Shown piece after piece: positions 50,218 through 58,818 of a stretch of DNA of 64,000 nt. Source of the stretch: a bacterium (lineage in GTDB: Bacteria; Zhuqueibacterota; Zhuqueibacteria; Residuimicrobiales; Krinioviventaceae); NCBI GenBank assembly GCA_963693055.1, contig OY843751.1:6048001-6112000 (forward strand), given 5' to 3'. The notes beneath the pieces were generated by a model. That model ran no database searches. It was given only the letters and a program-made list of their open reading frames with translations, and was not told the DNA's origin. The stretch's first letter is position 1; the number at the start of each line of letters is the position of its first letter. The position numbers and the translations under genes are program-made.

Positions 50218-51420
50218 ATGAAGAAAAAAACGTTTTTCCCGCTGTTATTCCTGTTATTTTTTCACAGTATCTCATTTGCAAGTATTATTCAAGGAAACTG
50301 GCGTTTTTACCAGGATGATGCCGCAGAAGGTTCTGCAACTGCCATTGCAAACGAAAACACATCTGTTACCGTTGCACCCGGTCAGGTAATACGATTAAGG
50401 GTAGAATTAAATAATAACACCGATGAATCTTATAATCCTTATACAAATGGCAACTATGACCTGAGATACAGCACTTCAAATGATCCGGGTTCAGGTACAT
50501 GGAAAACATTGAGTAGTTCTGAAGCTTTTGATTTTTATGATTCATCACACCTCACAAACAATGGTTCTGTCTCTGCTGATGTACTTACCACTACCAGTGG
50601 ATATATTCATGCTTCCGCCGGAATTATAAAAGAGGACAACCCAAAATTTTCTCTGACTCTTGATACTGATGAATCTGTTGAAAATGTTTTCAGTATTCAG
50701 GTAACTTCTAACGCCATAGATGCAACAAATTATTATTTCGCAGTGTTTTTAGCTGACACGAAACTTCAAGGAGGGTACGCAACAATTCCTTCGGTTACGT
50801 ATGATGCCTCTCTGCCGGTGAGTCTGGCTTCCTTTACCGCGCTGCAAGAGAAAAATACCGTACTGCTGAATTGGCGGACTGCCAGCGAAGTGGACCATCA
50901 GGGCTTTATTGTTGAACGTCAGGTGAACGGTTCATCCTGGATGCAGATTACATCCTATATAACAAACACCGATTTGCTTGCACGTGGTGACGTGAGCAGC
51001 GGCGCCGATTACGAATTTACAGATACCGATGTCCGTTCAGGAGATAAACTGAGTTACCGACTGCTCGATGTGGATGTAAACGGAGTAACAACCATCAATA
51101 AACCTGTTTCCATCACCATTGAAGAATCGGTTGTTCCGGAAAAAACCGCATTACTGCCGGCTTATCCAAATCCCTTTAATCCAGATACACGCTTCCAATA
51201 CCAATTAAAAGACGAAACCCATGTTGACGTGTACATCGCCGATCTGTTGGGTCGCACGGTTCGCACACTGGTATCCAACACCCGCAAGGAAGCCGGACTA
51301 TATAATCTCCAGTGGAACGGAATTGACGACCTGGGTACCCCGCAATCCAGCGGAATATACTTAATCGTTCTGCAGACCGGTAATCAAACCCAAATCCAAA
51401 AAATAACGCTTTTGAAATAA
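50218..51420 (+). CDS. Secreted protein with C-terminal FlgD-Ig/T9SS-type module
   Basis: Signal peptide; SLPVSLASFTA...W.TASE...GF; AYPNPFNP...WNG.D..G..SSGIY. Confidence 0.8.
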   Translation: MKKKTFFPLLFLLFFHSISFASIIQGNWRFYQDDAAEGSATAIANENTSVTVAPGQVIRLRVELNNNTDESYNPYTNGNYDLRYSTSNDPGSGTWKTLSSSEAFDFYDSSHLTNNGSVSADVLTTTSGYIHASAGIIKEDNPKFSLTLDTDESVENVFSIQVTSNAIDATNYYFAVFLADTKLQGGYATIPSVTYDASLPVSLASFTALQEKNTVLLNWRTASEVDHQGFIVERQVNGSSWMQITSYITNTDLLARGDVSSGADYEFTDTDVRSGDKLSYRLLDVDVNGVTTINKPVSITIEESVVPEKTALLPAYPNPFNPDTRFQYQLKDETHVDVYIADLLGRTVRTLVSNTRKEAGLYNLQWNGIDDLGTPQSSGIYLIVLQTGNQTQIQKITLLK

Positions 51421-51428
51421 AAACTCTG

Positions 51429-51460
51429 GCCCGACACGGATGACGTGCCGGGCTTTTTTT
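51429..51460 (+). terminator. Intrinsic terminator
   Basis: GCCCGACACG..CGTGCCGGGC + T7. Confidence 0.7.
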
Positions 51461-51552
51461 CTGTCCGATCTTGAATGAATCACATTCCAACCGTATTAAA
51501 AAAGCAAAGCCTTTGTAAAATTCAGAATAAATGCTAAATTCGTCTTTATTGT

Positions 51553-53127
51553 ATGGATCATAAAAAACAGGTGACGTTGAAATTGATGGGGAATTTCCAA
51601 TACAAAAATTCTTATATCTTTATCCTTTTTTCCATTTTTTCCGGTACCTTGTATGCATTGTCTTCATGGTACCCGATTTTGGGTTATTCAATCTGGCTCA
51701 CTCAAATTCCATTCTTCATTGCGGTATTACAATGCCCGGCAAAACTCTGGAAACTCGGATTGAGTTATGGAACAGCCTATGGCTTTATATTTTTCTTGTG
51801 GGTCCCGGATATTGTACAAAATATTTCCGGCAGCTCATTCCTGCTGCCAGGGTTGAGTTATGTTTTTATATCCCTGTACATAATACTGTTTCCTCTTTTA
51901 TTCACCCTTTTTGTCGGCCTTGGCCGAAAACGATTTTCTTTTAATCAGATACATTGGATATGGCTGGTTCCTGCCTTGTGGGTCATTACAGAATGGAGCA
52001 ATACAATCCTCATATCGCATTTCCCCTGGGCTCCGTTTTTCATTGGCTACCGTCAGGCCAACAACCTGTTGGCATTGCAGGTTGTATCCATTTCCGGTAT
52101 TATGGGACTTTCATTCCTTATCATACTCATTAACACGCTGTTTGCTTTTTTCTTTATCCAAAAGCATTACAAATGGCCCATTGTAGCACTGAGTATATTG
52201 ATAGTATTGCACGTTTACGGCTATCTTTCACTACAACATTTCAACACTCAAAAATCAGATCAAACGATTAAAACCGCTCTTATTGTGGAAAATGTCAACA
52301 GCAGTACCGGATGGAACGATGCTACCGGTGACTCTTTATCACAGATGCTTTTTGATCTGAACCGACAGGCTGTGCAGGATTCTCCCAAACTCGTTCTCTG
52401 GTCCGAAACCGCGCTGCCCTGGGTATTACAGCCGGATGATCAGTTTATCCCTCTGGTATTGCAAATCACCTGGCCCGCTCAATGTACCCACATCTTGGGG
52501 ATCAATACCGAGGGTAAAAAACAGTCCGGCAATGTTTACAATTCCGCGCTTTGTATACATCCTGACGGCAGGATTAGCGACATGTATCACAAACAAAACC
52601 TATTGTGGTTCATTGAACAACCTGTCAAACTATTACCCTTTGCCGCGCGCTTGCAGCAGGAACGCTATCGTTCAAGTGTTTATGATAATGTGGAAGCGGG
52701 CACACGACCCGGTGTTATGCGGACAAGTGAGGGGTTGGCAGGGGTACGTATCTGTAATGAATGGATCATCCCCGGAGCAATCCGGTCCGCGGTACAGCAG
52801 GGAGCGGAACTATTGCTCAACATGAGTAATAACGGCTATATGGAACACCCTTTTTTGCCACAGATTCAATGGATTGAAACCCGAACCCGTGCGGTTGAAA
52901 ATCGCCGCGATGTAGCCATTGCTTGTAATTATGGATTCAGCGGCCACATTGCCGCCTCAGGCAAGATCGTCCACAAACAACGTTCACGGCAGGGCGCATA
53001 TATACCGGTCAATCTAGAGATCCATACCACGCAAACCCTGTATACAAAACTCGGGGACTGGTTTCCACTGCTCTGCGCGTTTGCGTGCGTGGTGTTTGCG
53101 GGGGTGATGTATTTCAAGAAAAAATGA
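51553..53127 (+). CDS. lnt: Apolipoprotein N-acyltransferase
   Basis: N-terminal TMs; WSETA, YNSA, YHKQNL, ICNE nitrilase triad, RAVENRR, TLYTKLGDWF. Confidence 0.88.
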   Translation: MDHKKQVTLKLMGNFQYKNSYIFILFSIFSGTLYALSSWYPILGYSIWLTQIPFFIAVLQCPAKLWKLGLSYGTAYGFIFFLWVPDIVQNISGSSFLLPGLSYVFISLYIILFPLLFTLFVGLGRKRFSFNQIHWIWLVPALWVITEWSNTILISHFPWAPFFIGYRQANNLLALQVVSISGIMGLSFLIILINTLFAFFFIQKHYKWPIVALSILIVLHVYGYLSLQHFNTQKSDQTIKTALIVENVNSSTGWNDATGDSLSQMLFDLNRQAVQDSPKLVLWSETALPWVLQPDDQFIPLVLQITWPAQCTHILGINTEGKKQSGNVYNSALCIHPDGRISDMYHKQNLLWFIEQPVKLLPFAARLQQERYRSSVYDNVEAGTRPGVMRTSEGLAGVRICNEWIIPGAIRSAVQQGAELLLNMSNNGYMEHPFLPQIQWIETRTRAVENRRDVAIACNYGFSGHIAASGKIVHKQRSRQGAYIPVNLEIHTTQTLYTKLGDWFPLLCAFACVVFAGVMYFKKK

Positions 53128-53220
53128 AACCAAAGATTATCTTGTTAGTTCCGTCAAAAAACCGGTGTTTTAGAAGGAGTAAACAAATTTCAATTTTTCA
53201 CATTTTGCTCCCCCTATTTA

Positions 53221-54444
53221 TTAATTAATATTAATACCAACCAATTCATATGTTATGTCATATGCGAGATAATAAATTTTCACAGGGCCAAAATTTGGAG
53301 CAAACCAGGTATAATATTCGCAACCTCTACACTCTCTAAAATAGTTGAAAATTTTTAAACATTTTTCAAATGTGCCAATACTGTTATCAACAACTTCATA
53401 CCCGGAAAAAGCTTGAAGACGTATATGATGATACTCTATATACATTTCCCAAAAGTTGTCTACTGCAACCGGCAATCCTTCAAACTTCCAAAAAATCCAT
53501 TCTGTATTACTATTCAAAATAACCAACTGTCCCTGTCCATCATATCGTATCAAAAACACTCTTTTATCATCAATTGCGAGAAGATCAAATATGAAGGGCA
53601 TCCAGTCATTAAATTTAAAATATGTTTTCCCGTCCGAGCGAACTTGTTCGGTTATCGTGTATTCACGCGTGACAGTTTTAATACTATCCGGCGTACGAAA
53701 AGAACACTGAAATACCCATGAATTACCCACTTGAAGCGGAAAATAATTATTTACAATTTCTTTCAGTTCAACATCAACAATTTGATCCGTATCATCTGAA
53801 GCAATTTCAACGTCCTGATAAAACGGATAATACGCGTTATCTTCCACATAAAGGTGCCATTCAAGGCTTTCTTCCACATCTGACTTTTGTAGTGATTGAA
53901 TTGTGGTACGTCCCGTCGATCGGATTGTATTCGAACCATCCAGCAGCAGCATTTTTTGGGTCTTTGTAACCGAACCTGTACTTAATTGATAAAAATAAAC
54001 ACCTGCCGCCACTCCGCTGCCGTGATCATCCGAGCCGTCCCAGTGCGCCGTATTCAAGCCCGCAGCGAGTTGGCCATCGACCAAGGTTTTTACCCGCTGC
54101 CCCATAGTATTATAAACGGTAAGATTGACATATTCAGAAATCGGCAGATCAAAATGGATGATTGTAGCGGGATTAAAAGGATTGGGATAGTTTTGGTATA
54201 ACCGGTATCCATCAGGTGTGATTCCGGCTTTTATTCCGGTTATCTGATCAATAATCAATGAGTAGTCGCCGTTTTCATCGGTAAGAGTAGAATCCTTGAA
54301 TCCCAGGCTGTCCTGTAAAATATTCACCTGAATATTGGATAACGGCTGACCGTCAAGGTCTGTTATGGTACCGGAAATCTGCACACTGCTTAGCAAGGTG
54401 CTGGTAGTAAATAGTAAACAAATGATGAAAAAAAATTTTTTCAT
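53221..54444 (-). CDS. Secreted protein: carboxypeptidase-regulatory-like + internal FlgD-Ig + unknown C-terminal domain
   Basis: ISGTITD..G.PL; QNYPNPFNP...WDG.D..G..VAAGVY; YFPLQVGNSW, WFAPNFGPVK. Confidence 0.7.
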   Translation of the reverse strand: MKKFFFIICLLFTTSTLLSSVQISGTITDLDGQPLSNIQVNILQDSLGFKDSTLTDENGDYSLIIDQITGIKAGITPDGYRLYQNYPNPFNPATIIHFDLPISEYVNLTVYNTMGQRVKTLVDGQLAAGLNTAHWDGSDDHGSGVAAGVYFYQLSTGSVTKTQKMLLLDGSNTIRSTGRTTIQSLQKSDVEESLEWHLYVEDNAYYPFYQDVEIASDDTDQIVDVELKEIVNNYFPLQVGNSWVFQCSFRTPDSIKTVTREYTITEQVRSDGKTYFKFNDWMPFIFDLLAIDDKRVFLIRYDGQGQLVILNSNTEWIFWKFEGLPVAVDNFWEMYIEYHHIRLQAFSGYEVVDNSIGTFEKCLKIFNYFRECRGCEYYTWFAPNFGPVKIYYLAYDITYELVGININ

Positions 54445-54797
54445 ATCTTACCTCTATTCCTATAAATAGTAATCACTATGTCTCAAGGTCATACATTCAA
54501 CAGTTTGGTCTTGTAAGAATAACGGAAATTATCCCAAGTAGCACAGGTTTTACTAATTCAAGAATATAATATTAAATGATAGATTAAATATAAAATTGTT
54601 TCAATAAGAATAAATATGCTTTGCACCCCATTCTGGAAACAAATCCGCCATTTTTTTGGTGCCCCATATTCAACAAAATATTACTTTATCTAATAAAGTC
54701 AATGAAAAAATTCGAAAATTTCGTATTTTGTTTACATTAACAAATTTATTTAATAACAATTTATCAGTCCGCCACTGCTCCCCTGGCAAATACCCTC

Positions 54798-55550
54798 CTA
54801 CTGCAACCCCGCAAAAGAGTAATTGGTAAAGTGCCTGACCGGGTCATTGATCTTGATGGGTTCGCGCACCAGGAACGGTTCACCGTAAATGGCGCCAATC
54901 TTGTTACCCCAGTATTGTCCCCGTGCGATAATAGATTGCAAAAACTGCGGCGAGCTGATATAGGTGGCGTCTTTCGAGTTGAAGGGCTTGTCCGGATTGT
55001 GAAACTGCGAGTTGTAGGACTGTATGGCTTTGACCTTGTCTTCAAAGCTGTCAGACACATCCACAATAAACGACGGTTCAAAATCGTACATTTCCATATA
55101 ATAGATCAGCTTGGCGGGACGGAAATGCTTTTGTCCCGTATCTATGTTTTTAAGTCCTGCCAGAAACGCGGCTTCTTTGACTAATACCGAGGTATTGCCG
55201 TGATCGGGATGGCGGGTCTCCCAATAGGGCACAAACAGAATATCGGGACGGTGCTCACGGATCTGCTCAATCACCTTGATGCGGTTCTCTTCTGTATTGA
55301 ACACGCCACCGTCGGGGATGTCCAGCATCTTGTTCACCGAGAGGCCCAGTATTTTGGCTGAATTTTCATTCTCCTGTTTGCGGATTTCGGGCGTGCCACG
55401 CGTGCCCAGCTCTGCTTTGGTGAGCGAAACCACACCGGTTTTATAGCCCATACGTTTCAGTTTAATCAGGGTACCGGCGCACATGAGCTCGATATCATCC
55501 GGATGCGCGCCAAAGGCCATTACATCTATTTTTTCATTGGGAGTATTCAT
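54798..55550 (-). CDS. bshB1: Bacillithiol biosynthesis deacetylase
   Basis: AHPDDIEL, AELGTRGT, RHPDH, SQF, YGEPF; adjacent to bshC. Confidence 0.9.
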   Translation of the reverse strand: MNTPNEKIDVMAFGAHPDDIELMCAGTLIKLKRMGYKTGVVSLTKAELGTRGTPEIRKQENENSAKILGLSVNKMLDIPDGGVFNTEENRIKVIEQIREHRPDILFVPYWETRHPDHGNTSVLVKEAAFLAGLKNIDTGQKHFRPAKLIYYMEMYDFEPSFIVDVSDSFEDKVKAIQSYNSQFHNPDKPFNSKDATYISSPQFLQSIIARGQYWGNKIGAIYGEPFLVREPIKINDPVRHFTNYSFAGLQ

Positions 55551-55552
55551 TT

Positions 55553-57160
55553 TTATAATTCTATTCCTTTATGTTCAAATTTGGCAATTTCTATTTCATC
55601 ATATATACGTCTAAGCAGCGGTGTGTCATATTTCACCAGAAACGGCAATATGTTAATTTTGCGCTCCTGTAGTCCGCCCTCCGGCATCAGATGGTTCACA
55701 ATCGATTCCAGTTGATTGCGTGTCACCTGCTCGCGCTGTTCAACAGCTTTGAGCACACGACTCTCCAGCGAGGCAATCTGTTTTTCCATGTTACCGCCGG
55801 TCTTTTCAAAAGCCGATTGCAGGGTGGGTTCTATCTCTTTTGCTGCTGTTCCCAGGGAAGCAAGCTGCTCCCCGAGTTGGGACTGTAACGCCGCAAACTG
55901 TTCCCGAATGTCCGTTGGGATGCGGGACTGCATCACATCCTTGATAACACCTTCAGGGTCGGTAATGACCTGTTCAGCGGTCAATCCAAACGCATCCAGA
56001 TGTTTTTGAATTTTTGGCTCAATCAGGGTAAACGCTGCACGGGGATACACCACCGGCATGTTCATATCCATAGCATCGTAAATGCCCTTTAATTGCGCCC
56101 AATAGGCAATCTCACCCGGTCCGCCCACATAGGCAACTGTAGGGAAGAGGATATCCTGTGCAATGGGACGTGTAGAGACTTTGGGACTGAGCTTTTCCGG
56201 CTGCGCTACCAACTCGTCAAGGGTGTATTTCCGGTTATCACCCAGGCTGATGAATTCGTCTCCCTTACGCTGCAAACCATGCCTGCCGTTATCGAGTAAA
56301 AACAGATTGGGTCTGCCGGATTGAACGGTGATCTGGGTATGATAGCCCGCTTTTTCCAATTGATTATTGGTTTTCTGCATGGCAGGATTACAAACATCCT
56401 CTCGCAGCTCTTTTTCAAACAGGTCGGATAAAAAGGGTTTAACGCGTGAATCTGACGAGTCAAACAGTACAATACCATATTCCGCAAACAGCGACTGGTA
56501 CCAGCGCGCAAAGGCAATATGCAGAAACTCGCCAGACGTATAAGCCGATTTCAGTTTTTGCATCCAGTCTGCTTTAAACTCGGTATCGGGCAGGTCGGCA
56601 TCCAGCGTTTCCAACAATTGCAGGATATTATCATTCAGTTTAATCTGAGCAACGGGTATGCGGTCCGGCAGCGTTTCCGGTTCAAAGGTGAGCGATTTCA
56701 CTGCATTGCGTTTATCAATATAGGTTGTGCTCTTTATCTCTTCAAAATCGTGGTCTTCAGACACCAGGTAAAATACGGGTACCACCGGGCGGCCCAGCCG
56801 CTGTGTAAGGGTGTTCGCCAGTTTAATTGCGGTCAACGATTTGTGTATGGTAAACAGCGGTCCACCAAAAAGTCCCGCCTGCTGCCCGGATACCACTGCA
56901 AGGGTATCGGGTTGTCTCAGCAGTTCGATGTTTTGAAAGGTAGCGTCTGCGGCGTTAAAATTCCGGTTCTGGTCGATTAATATGTCAGCCAATTCATTGC
57001 GATGCGGACGATTAACAATCTGTAAACGATTGGCTATGTTCTTAAAGCTTGAACAGTCCTGAAAATGCCCGTTAAAAAACGGACCTGTCTTTTCAAAAGT
57101 ACTGAAATAATCCCGGGTAAGCTTTGAAAGTCCGGGTATATTTTCAAGTTTCAGCTTCAT
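55553..57160 (-). CDS. bshC: Bacillithiol biosynthesis cysteine-adding enzyme
   Basis: GQQAGLFGGP, SEDHDFEE, YVGGPGEIAYW, LQER. Confidence 0.93.
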   Translation of the reverse strand: MKLKLENIPGLSKLTRDYFSTFEKTGPFFNGHFQDCSSFKNIANRLQIVNRPHRNELADILIDQNRNFNAADATFQNIELLRQPDTLAVVSGQQAGLFGGPLFTIHKSLTAIKLANTLTQRLGRPVVPVFYLVSEDHDFEEIKSTTYIDKRNAVKSLTFEPETLPDRIPVAQIKLNDNILQLLETLDADLPDTEFKADWMQKLKSAYTSGEFLHIAFARWYQSLFAEYGIVLFDSSDSRVKPFLSDLFEKELREDVCNPAMQKTNNQLEKAGYHTQITVQSGRPNLFLLDNGRHGLQRKGDEFISLGDNRKYTLDELVAQPEKLSPKVSTRPIAQDILFPTVAYVGGPGEIAYWAQLKGIYDAMDMNMPVVYPRAAFTLIEPKIQKHLDAFGLTAEQVITDPEGVIKDVMQSRIPTDIREQFAALQSQLGEQLASLGTAAKEIEPTLQSAFEKTGGNMEKQIASLESRVLKAVEQREQVTRNQLESIVNHLMPEGGLQERKINILPFLVKYDTPLLRRIYDEIEIAKFEHKGIEL

Positions 57161-57888
57161 CTCTTTTCTCCGATCATGATCAATCGCGGAGAGTTGCGGG
57201 TAAAGGGATTCTGTTCATAATCTCCATATATCGCTGTACATTCCAGCCCCGAGCGTTCAAAAAACTGCAGCAACTCAATCAACCGGTAGGCACGAACGGA
57301 TTCATAGTATTCACGAACATCCCCATTGTCTTTTACCGTTATCTTTTTTTCAAACCGGTTTGTATGTTCATTAAAGCTCCGCTCCTGGATGATGGTCATA
57401 TTGTTGCGGACCTGGGTATCACTGGTAATATTTGGCAATGCCTGCATCATATTGAGATAATCGAACAAAAACACGCCACCCGGCTTTAACGCCCGGGCAA
57501 TACCACGGATAACCTGCTCGTTTTCTGCATCATTGTCAAAATAACCAAAACTGGTAAACAGGCTGAGAATAATATCAAACGCATTCTCAAAAGGGATGTC
57601 CCGCATGTCTCCCCTCACCAGGGGAAAACTGCGATCGTTTTCCTTGTTCTTGTCCAGCGCCAGAGAGAGAAGTTCGGTAGATAAATCCAGACCTACTACA
57701 TCCAGTCCCTGCTGCGCGCATACAGCACTGTTGCGTCCATAACCACAGGCAAGGTCCAGCACTCGCTGACCCGGCTGCATATCCAGCGCTTTCATTGCAA
57801 AATTAACAATTTTTTTGGCCTCATTCTCATTCCGATGTGGATAGATGGTCAAATAATCGTGGCCAAAGCTTTTTTTGTACCAACTCAT
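57157..57888 (-). CDS. Class I SAM-dependent methyltransferase (candidate bacillithiol N-methyltransferase)
   Basis: VLDLACGYGR, GDMR, LFTSFGYF, SPRLI; ATGA overlap with bshC. Confidence 0.85.
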   Translation of the reverse strand: MSWYKKSFGHDYLTIYPHRNENEAKKIVNFAMKALDMQPGQRVLDLACGYGRNSAVCAQQGLDVVGLDLSTELLSLALDKNKENDRSFPLVRGDMRDIPFENAFDIILSLFTSFGYFDNDAENEQVIRGIARALKPGGVFLFDYLNMMQALPNITSDTQVRNNMTIIQERSFNEHTNRFEKKITVKDNGDVREYYESVRAYRLIELLQFFERSGLECTAIYGDYEQNPFTRNSPRLIMIGEKR

Positions 57889-58059
57889 ATAAAGTATCAG
57901 ACTGTTTAAGGTGTTTAATTTCAATTTCTTATAATCTAAAAATAATTATCAATTTTTAAAAGGTTAATTTTATGTTAACAGACACCTGTAACAGAAGAAA
58001 GGGTTGTAACATTTCATAAAAAATTTGTAAATTATAGGCTTTAGAAAGGAGTTGTAATT

Positions 58060-58740
58060 TTGAGCCATATTGAATTGGTATTATTTGATCTTGACGGCAC
58101 CTTGTGTGACACCGCACCCGATGTCCATGATAGTGTCAATATGGCCCTTGAAAAAATGGATCTTCCACCGGTCTCACTCGACCAGACAATGAAGGCCATA
58201 GGGCCCGGCCCGGGCATCTTTTCCCGCATTATATTGGGAGAAAAGAATCTGGACCGTTATGATGAATATATTCATATTTTTCGTCCCATTTATCATGACC
58301 GCTGCTTGACCAAAACCCGTTTATTCGACGGGATTGACGATCTGATTGACGGTCTTCACGATCGCAGTATCAAAGTGGGTATGGTAACCAATAAACCCTT
58401 ACCCGGTACAACAATCATTTTAAAAGGACTGGACCGGTTTGACCGGTTCGATACCATTATCTGCGCGGATATGGTAGAACACCCCAAGCCTGATCCGGAT
58501 ATGGTCTACAAAGCATGTCAAAAAATAGGTGTGCTGCCCGAACAGACCATGCTAATCGGAGACACAGACAATGACATTCTCTCGGCCAACAACGCCGGGG
58601 CTTATAGTTGCCTGGCCGGCTGGGGATATTCAAGCGAAAAGGACAATCTGGAAATGATCAGCGATTTCAGGGTTGAACACCCCATGCAAGTACTGGATAT
58701 TGTAGACCGGTCAGACATACCTATTAAAAAATGTATTTAA
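58060..58740 (+). CDS. HAD hydrolase (phosphoglycolate phosphatase-like)
   Basis: FDLDGTL, VTNK, KPDP, IGD...D. Confidence 0.88.
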   Translation: MSHIELVLFDLDGTLCDTAPDVHDSVNMALEKMDLPPVSLDQTMKAIGPGPGIFSRIILGEKNLDRYDEYIHIFRPIYHDRCLTKTRLFDGIDDLIDGLHDRSIKVGMVTNKPLPGTTIILKGLDRFDRFDTIICADMVEHPKPDPDMVYKACQKIGVLPEQTMLIGDTDNDILSANNAGAYSCLAGWGYSSEKDNLEMISDFRVEHPMQVLDIVDRSDIPIKKCI

Positions 58741-58818
58741 TGAAATAACTATTTGTAAATTTTTTTATAAAGTATATATTACTTTTAACCGGTAGAACAT
58801 AATTTTTTTAGGACTTTT

